The notes under the pieces are model-generated. The model was not told where the DNA came from. It saw only the letters and a program-made list of their open reading frames with translations, and did not search any database. From assembly GCA_038077975.1 (NCBI GenBank), contig JBBUGM010000027.1, positions 1 to 50,951 of the forward strand: DNA of 50,951 bases, read 5' to 3'. Within the stretch, counting starts at the first letter, position 1; every line of letters starts with the position of its first letter. This DNA is from Patescibacteria group bacterium (GTDB lineage: Bacteria > Patescibacteriota > Minisyncoccia > UBA6257 > 2-01-FULL-56-20). Shown here piece by piece: positions 45,105-50,951 of the stretch. The position numbers and the translations under genes are program-made.

Positions 45105-45134
45105 ATGAGGCAAGCGTGAATTGAGCTAAAAAAG

Positions 45135-45323
45135 TTATCAACAAATAATCCCCAAAAGCGTCTTTTTTCCTTTTGACCGTGAGAGAAATAAAACTAAAAT
45201 TAATCTATTGACTTCAAGAATATCGCAGGTGAAGGAAGTTCGACAGGATGTTCCACTCAAAAAAGCCCCGTTTCTATTGGCTTTCACCTCTTGCGCTTCA
45301 CAAAATATTTGTTTTGTGTAAAA
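45135..45323. promoter_or_regulatory. DnaA-box-like sites upstream of dnaA
   Basis: TTATCAACA at 45135-45143 (1 mismatch); TGTGTAAAA at 45315-45323 (fits TTWTNCACA). Confidence 0.5.
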
Positions 45324-45463
45324 ATTAGAAAAATTTCTGTTGTTTAAAAAGCGCGCGTAGGACCGGTAAATAGTTTCACGGACTCGCATCTCTACGAGCT
45401 ACTCTTGTGCCGATGCGGGCACACGAAAGCGGTAAAACTTAGGATCAATTAAAAAGTAAAATC

Positions 45464-46819
45464 ATGAACCTCGAAGAGCTTTGGCAAACCACCTTGGGAG
45501 AAATGGAAGTTCAGCTTTCGAGGGCTAATTTTGCCACTTGGCTCAAGAACAGCCGCCTTGTCGACAGCAAGAACGGCATTTTCTATGTTGCGCTGCCGAA
45601 CAACTTCGCAAAAGAATGGGTTGCGAACAAATATCAGAAAAATATTCTCGGCATCTTACGAAATATGGACAGTTCGGCAAAAAAATTAGAATTCACGGTG
45701 GAGGGTAAAAACCCCCCTTCAGCTGCCAAACTTCAGACAACTACTACTCCTCCGCTTGAGGAAGGATTTGAAGTCGAATTCAGAGTTGACCCCGAGACAA
45801 ATTTGAACCCTCGTTATCTTTTAAGCTCATTCGTCGTCGGTTCATCGAATGAGCTTGCGTATGCCGCGGCAACGGCGATCGTGGAGAGCATCGGGAAAAA
45901 ATATAATCCTTTCTTCGTTTACGGCGGAGTAGGACTCGGCAAAACGCATTTGGTGCAAGCTATCGGCAACGAGATAAAAGTAAAATATCAAAATAAAATA
46001 AAGCCGCGATACGTTCCTTCGGAAAAATTCGTCAGCGATGTCGTTTGGGGAATTAAGAATAAGAGGATGGAGGACATGAAGCAGAAATATAGGGACGTTG
46101 ACGTTCTCATCATCGACGACATTCAGTTCATCGGTGGCAAAGAGAAGACCGAGGAAGAGTTCTTCCACACCTTCAACGCCCTTTACGAGGCCAATAAACA
46201 AATTATCATCTCTTCCGACAGGCCTCCACAATCTATCCCCACCCTTGAGGAACGCTTAAGATCGCGTTTTGAAGGGGGTTTAATAGCGGATATCGGCTAC
46301 CCGGACTATGAAACGCGCGTTGCTATATTGAAAAGCAAGCTCCAGGAGGTCCAAAGGAACCTAAGCGACGACGTTATAGACCTTATCGCTAAAAAAGTTA
46401 AGAAAAACGTAAGAGAGCTTGAGGGGGTGTTAAAAAAGATACTGTTTTTTGCCGAAAAGAAGAATCTTGAGGTTAGCGTCAAACTTGCCGCGGAAATCAT
46501 AGAAAAATCTGTACAAAACTCTGCAAAGAGGGTCGCCGATACGCAAATACTTAAGTCCGTGGCTGAATTTTTCAATATCACGCTTGATGACCTTATTAGC
46601 CACAATAGGAGGAAAGAAGTTGTTTTGCCGCGGCAGATAGCGATGTATCTTCTTCGGGATATGTTGGAGCTATCATATCCATATATTGGGGAAAAAATGG
46701 GTAGAGATCACACGACTGCTATCCATTCTTATGAAAAGATCAACCAAGAGGTCAATCGCAATCCCGGACTAAATAACAAGATACTACTTATTAGAGAGGC
46801 GATATACAAAACTAATTAA
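45464..46819 (+). CDS. dnaA: Chromosomal replication initiator DnaA
   Basis: YNPFFVYGGVGLGKTHL, DVLIIDDIQF, EEFFHTFNAL, RLRSRFEGGL, RQIAMYL, RDHTT. Confidence 0.98.
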   Translation: MNLEELWQTTLGEMEVQLSRANFATWLKNSRLVDSKNGIFYVALPNNFAKEWVANKYQKNILGILRNMDSSAKKLEFTVEGKNPPSAAKLQTTTTPPLEEGFEVEFRVDPETNLNPRYLLSSFVVGSSNELAYAAATAIVESIGKKYNPFFVYGGVGLGKTHLVQAIGNEIKVKYQNKIKPRYVPSEKFVSDVVWGIKNKRMEDMKQKYRDVDVLIIDDIQFIGGKEKTEEEFFHTFNALYEANKQIIISSDRPPQSIPTLEERLRSRFEGGLIADIGYPDYETRVAILKSKLQEVQRNLSDDVIDLIAKKVKKNVRELEGVLKKILFFAEKKNLEVSVKLAAEIIEKSVQNSAKRVADTQILKSVAEFFNITLDDLISHNRRKEVVLPRQIAMYLLRDMLELSYPYIGEKMGRDHTTAIHSYEKINQEVNRNPGLNNKILLIREAIYKTN

Positions 46820-46943
46820 CCGCATTTACACAGAGAGGCGCAGCGAAAAGAATTTAAAGAAAGGATAATTTTAACTTATCCACAAAAACAACTCTTACTA
46901 ATAACTAAAACAATAATTTTATATATACTTATTTATTATAGTT
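46820..46943. other. Probable oriC unwinding region
   Basis: Perfect DnaA box TTATCCACA at 46876-46884, then nTA triplets (tta-cta-ata, 46895-46903) and an AT-rich tract. Confidence 0.78.
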
Positions 46944-48056
46944 ATGAAATTAGTCGCTGTGAAAAATAATTTAAAAGAGGCCATTTCTTCCGTAGAAAAA
47001 ATTTCTAGGGAAAACCTAAGTTTGCCGATATTGAAAAACGTCCTTTTTGAAGCCACCGATAGCAAATTAAAAATAATCACGACTAATTTAGAATTGGCTA
47101 TTACTTGTTCGGTAGCCGGAAAAATCATCGAAAAAGGAAAACTAACAATTCCTGTAAGCATTTTTTCCGGAATCATTAATAATTTGCAAACAGAAAGGAT
47201 AAATCTCGAAACAAAAGACAACAAATTAGTAGTCACAACCGATAATTATGAAGCTGAAATACAGGGAACAACGGCGGAAGATTTTCCCATAACCCCGAAA
47301 ATAAAAGACACTTCTGAATACATTGAGATAAAAGGCAACGTTTTAAAGACCGCTTTAACCAAGGTTTTGGTTGCCACGCAATTTTCCGATCTCCGGCCGG
47401 AACTGAACAGTATTTTCTTTAATTTCTTCGAGAACGGACTTAAACTTGCCGCGACGGACAGTTTCCGGCTGGCGGAAGCAACAATAAACAAAGAACAGTT
47501 CAATTCGAGCAAAAAAGATAGATCGAGTTTTCTTGTGCCGCTGCGTACGGTCCACGAATTTGTCCGTGTCATAAAAGACGAAGACATCGTAAAAATTTAC
47601 AATGACGACAGCCAAGTGCTTTTCAAAACAGAACAACTGGAACTCCTTTCGCGTTTAGTTGAGGGAAATTTTCCCGATTATGAAGCGATCATACCGAAAA
47701 AATTTATTACCGAAGTACTTGTTGACCGTCAGGAATTCACTTCGGCTTTGAGGCTGGTCGGCGTATTTGGAACGAAAAACAGCGAGATCAAAATAAGATC
47801 AAAAGAAGGAAAAAAAGTTTTAGAGATCAGTTCTGCCGATCCGGCGGTAGGGGAGAATAAATATCTTTTACCGGCAAAGATCCAAGGCAAGCTCGATGAG
47901 ATTATTTTTAACTGGAGATATTTAATGGACGCTCTGAAGGCCGTTGAAGGGCAAGAGATATTTTTCGGAATAAACAAAGAGAACGAACCGGCCGAGTTGA
48001 AACAAGTGGGGGACAGTTCCTACGTCTATATTTTGAAGCCAGTGTCGAGCGCATGA
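46944..48056 (+). CDS. dnaN: DNA polymerase III beta clamp
   Basis: ITTNLELAI, DFP, LAATDSFRLAE, LVEGNFPDYEAIIP, IFNWRYLMDAL. Confidence 0.97.
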   Translation: MKLVAVKNNLKEAISSVEKISRENLSLPILKNVLFEATDSKLKIITTNLELAITCSVAGKIIEKGKLTIPVSIFSGIINNLQTERINLETKDNKLVVTTDNYEAEIQGTTAEDFPITPKIKDTSEYIEIKGNVLKTALTKVLVATQFSDLRPELNSIFFNFFENGLKLAATDSFRLAEATINKEQFNSSKKDRSSFLVPLRTVHEFVRVIKDEDIVKIYNDDSQVLFKTEQLELLSRLVEGNFPDYEAIIPKKFITEVLVDRQEFTSALRLVGVFGTKNSEIKIRSKEGKKVLEISSADPAVGENKYLLPAKIQGKLDEIIFNWRYLMDALKAVEGQEIFFGINKENEPAELKQVGDSSYVYILKPVSSA

Positions 48057-48067
48057 TGCGAGTTAAA

Positions 48068-48213
48068 CGGTGTACGTTAGAGATGCCCGTTTCGGATATC
48101 ATCCTACGGCGTACGGTTTCGAAGCCAGAATAACTTTCAACGAATAACGATACTCACTTCCAAACCGTACAGCGAAAAACGATTGGCGATACGGGCTTCC
48201 AAAACGTACACCG
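48068..48213. repeat. Long imperfect hairpin element, copy 2, between convergent dnaN and the PBP gene
   Basis: cggtgtacgtt/aacgtacaccg (11 bp); tacggtttcgaag/cttccaaaccgta (12 of 13). Confidence 0.8.
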
Positions 48214-48223
48214 ATAGCCGCTC

Positions 48224-50695
48224 CTACTGTTCGTAAACCACCACGCTTTTTTTAGCGGTAAGACCGTAAACGTCGACAGCTTCTATCTCCAAAAGGTTTT
48301 GCGGAGAGAAAATTTGCGGTTCAAGCTGCCAATTTAGAGTGAAAGCATTTCCGGCATTGACAACGAACCCCTGGAGTTGGACGCCGTTCCAGTAAATATT
48401 CGCCTTATCGAGATTGTTCGACGCCGCAAGGTCTGCTATTATTTGGATCCTCTTGCCGACAAAACTCCCCGCCGTGGGAGATTTTATTTCTATTTTTGGC
48501 GGCAAAGCCAAGCCCGGAATGGCGGCGCTTGAAGTTGATTGCTGGTTATAAAGTTGCAAATTAGGAACATTTGTTTGAGCCCAAGTTAATATCCCTGTTT
48601 CCCAGTTAATGAACTGCGGATCAGTTGACGCCGCTCCCGGCTCGGGTCCCAAAAGGTCGTTTTTATTCACATGGTAGAGTATCGAACGGATTTGATTGTT
48701 CGCGAGGTAATCTCCGGCAAAGATAGGTTTTGCAGGTACGATCGGCTCCGGCCGCGGGAAAGTTTCTTTCGGGAATTTATTGATCGCCTCGCGCATGAAT
48801 TTGCTCCAGATCGGTATCGCCGCAAGCAAGCTCGAGCCGCGCCTTTGCATCGGCGAATTATCATTATTCCCGGCCCAGACGCCGACTACAAAAGCAGGGG
48901 TGTATCCCACTGCCCAGGCATCGCGGTAGTCGTTCGAAGTTCCTGTCTTCAGCGCCACGTCGTATTCGGGAAATATAGTTAAAGACAAACTGCTTTGGAA
49001 AAGTCCGGAGCGGACGACCGTATCCGAAAGAATGTTGTTCACAAGGCGCACCGGCTGGGTAGCAACAACCTTTTTTTCTTGCTCCTGCGGTTCATGGGAT
49101 TCAAGAACGTTCCCGGAGGAGTCCCTGACTTCCAGTATCATCGTTTGATCGCGGTGAGTGCCGTCCTGGGCAAGAACGGAATATGCTTCAACAAGATCGG
49201 CAAGGCGCACTGCTCCGCCTCCCAAAACCAACGATAGGCCGTATAGATCGGGACTGGTCAACGTGTCGAGCCCAAGCTCGTTAGCGTTTTCGACTACGTC
49301 GCGGAGTCCCGCAAGGTAAAGCATCTTCACTGCAGGAATGTTGATCGATTGGCCGAGTGCCTGTCGCAGGGTCACGGGGCCGCGGAATTGTTCATCGAAG
49401 TTTTCCGGGTGGAAGCAGTTGGGGTCAAAATTTTCGAAATTAACGATCGGCGGACAAACGGGATTGTTCGCGGCAAATTCTGTTGGCACATCGAAGACGA
49501 CTGTGTCAGGCGTATAGCCCTTATCGAAAGCTGTCATGTAAACAAAAGGTTTCAAGGCGGATCCCGGTTGGCGCAGACCCTGGATAGCGACATTAAAATT
49601 CGGTTCGAACTGGCAGGTCGCTCCTGGCGTACAGCCTTCAGGAAGCGATGTTGTAGCAAAATAATCCCGGGAGCCCACAAGCGCCAATATTTCTCCGGTT
49701 TTCGGGTCCTCGGCCACAAGAGAGGCGTTTCTGCCGTTATAGAGGCGGTCATTCTCTCCCGCGCCTTCCTTCACGACCATTTCCGCTACCTGCTGGAGCT
49801 CCCAGTCGAGGGTTGTAAGCACCCTTAGCCCACCTGCCGCGACAAGGTTTTCGCCATATTTTTGCACAAGCTGATCGCGCACGGCCAAAGTGAAGTGCGG
49901 AGCCCGAAGTCCCTCATCCTGCGGCTGAAAATCGATCTTTTCATGCATCGCTTTGTCGAATTTATCCTGGTCAATTTTCTCCAACGAAAGCATTTTTTCG
50001 AGGATAAGCTTTTGCCGCGAGAGAAGTTCGCTTGCGTGGCTACCCCAAGGCGAATAATAACTCGGCGCCTTCGGCAGCGCCGCAAGGATAGCGGCTTCCG
50101 CCAAAGAAATATCCTTCACGGATTTTCCGAAATATGCTTCGCTCGCCGCCTCGACGCCGTAGATCGTCGGGCCGTAAGGGATCTCGTTTAAATAAAGCTC
50201 AAGGATCTGATCCTTCGTGTAATAGCGGGAGATGCGGACAGAGAGTATCAACTCCTTGAATTTTCTCACGAGGGTGCGCTCGGAAGTTAAAAAAGCGTTC
50301 CGCGAAAGCTGTTGCGTGATAGTAGACGCTCCTTGGCCGGAAAAGGGATTCCCGGTATTTTTGAAATTTGTCCAAAGCGCCCGCGCGATCGCCTTGGCAT
50401 CGAAGGCGGGCGATTCGTAAAAGCGCTGGTCTTCAATCGCGATCGTCGCGTCTTTAAGGGATTGCGGCATCTCAGCCAAAGGCACGACAGTTCTTTCTTG
50501 TCCGTTCGAGACCTCGTATAAAAGCACTTCTCCCGCTCGGTCAAAAATTTTTGTTGATTGGCTGATCTGCCGCGAAGTTATTTCTTCGATAGTCGGCAAC
50601 GCTTTCGCGATGTAAAAAAATGCGAGCACGCCGGCGACGAGCGCGAACGCTCCGGCAACGAACAAGAAAAGAAAAAAGTTTCGGACGGGAGTCAT
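48224..50695 (-). CDS. Class A penicillin-binding protein (PBP1A-like) with a C-terminal Ig-like domain
   Basis: Transglycosylase AIEDQRF, GASTITQQL, YLNEIPYG; transpeptidase QPGSALK, SIN, KTGT. Confidence 0.95.
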   Translation of the reverse strand: MTPVRNFFLFLFVAGAFALVAGVLAFFYIAKALPTIEEITSRQISQSTKIFDRAGEVLLYEVSNGQERTVVPLAEMPQSLKDATIAIEDQRFYESPAFDAKAIARALWTNFKNTGNPFSGQGASTITQQLSRNAFLTSERTLVRKFKELILSVRISRYYTKDQILELYLNEIPYGPTIYGVEAASEAYFGKSVKDISLAEAAILAALPKAPSYYSPWGSHASELLSRQKLILEKMLSLEKIDQDKFDKAMHEKIDFQPQDEGLRAPHFTLAVRDQLVQKYGENLVAAGGLRVLTTLDWELQQVAEMVVKEGAGENDRLYNGRNASLVAEDPKTGEILALVGSRDYFATTSLPEGCTPGATCQFEPNFNVAIQGLRQPGSALKPFVYMTAFDKGYTPDTVVFDVPTEFAANNPVCPPIVNFENFDPNCFHPENFDEQFRGPVTLRQALGQSINIPAVKMLYLAGLRDVVENANELGLDTLTSPDLYGLSLVLGGGAVRLADLVEAYSVLAQDGTHRDQTMILEVRDSSGNVLESHEPQEQEKKVVATQPVRLVNNILSDTVVRSGLFQSSLSLTIFPEYDVALKTGTSNDYRDAWAVGYTPAFVVGVWAGNNDNSPMQRRGSSLLAAIPIWSKFMREAINKFPKETFPRPEPIVPAKPIFAGDYLANNQIRSILYHVNKNDLLGPEPGAASTDPQFINWETGILTWAQTNVPNLQLYNQQSTSSAAIPGLALPPKIEIKSPTAGSFVGKRIQIIADLAASNNLDKANIYWNGVQLQGFVVNAGNAFTLNWQLEPQIFSPQNLLEIEAVDVYGLTAKKSVVVYEQ

Positions 50696-50865
50696 CCCGT
50701 TAGAGGCAGGAAACGCTTCGCCGCGCAGGCAAAGCCGTTTTCTGCTTGCTAATTGTCGATATAAAAAATAACATGATTTTGCATTGGCGTTTCCGTCGAG
50801 GCGAAGCGGCCTCTAACGGGATCATGATTTATCAATTATCAATGAATAACCGCAAAACTGCAAAC

Positions 50866-50897
50866 AAAAACTGCGCCGTTTGCGGCGCAGTTATTTA
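50866..50897. terminator. Terminator-like hairpin
   Basis: aaaaACTGCGCCG-tttg-CGGCGCAGTtattt. Confidence 0.55.
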
Positions 50898-50951
50898 TTG
50901 CCTTTCCAAGATGGAAACCCCGCGCTTTCAGCGCGAGGCTTTCAGCATCAA

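Noticed and set aside
50914-50940. IS200/IS605-like end hairpin at the window edge
   Set aside because: The stem is short and imperfect, and no tnpA/tnpB is visible; the adjacent sequence is needed.

Overview
A 51-kb chromosomal window spanning the replication origin of a Patescibacteria/CPR (Parcubacteria-like) bacterium; the lineage is inferred from protein style and gene content, not from a database search. Left to right: tRNA-Ile with a rare UAU anticodon, tRNA-Gly, an acyl-CoA ligase, tyrS, clpP, an SD-led accessory block (lipoprotein serine protease plus a MoxR/DUF58/VWA Bat-like cluster), a K+-independent H+-pyrophosphatase, an ORF6N gene, nusA, yraN/traR-dksA/comM, a zincin, a LysM-M23 peptidase, pcrA/uvrD, rsmA, hicBA, a 13-kb Gram-positive-type T4SS-like surface cluster (VirB6-, PrgI-, VirB4-, pilin-like; no relaxase, coupling protein or integrase in view), jag-yidC-rnpA-rpmH, dnaA-oriC-dnaN and a class A PBP. 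The strongest unexplained signal is at the DNA level. Several families of short palindromic or periodic repeats fill most core intergenic gaps, and copies of them sit in frame inside pcrA, rsmA, nusA and a Pro-rich T4SS-cluster gene. In one case an identical 24-mer is read in different frames in two unrelated genes. No CRISPR array, rRNA, transposase or integrase was seen. All family calls come from motif recognition by eye.
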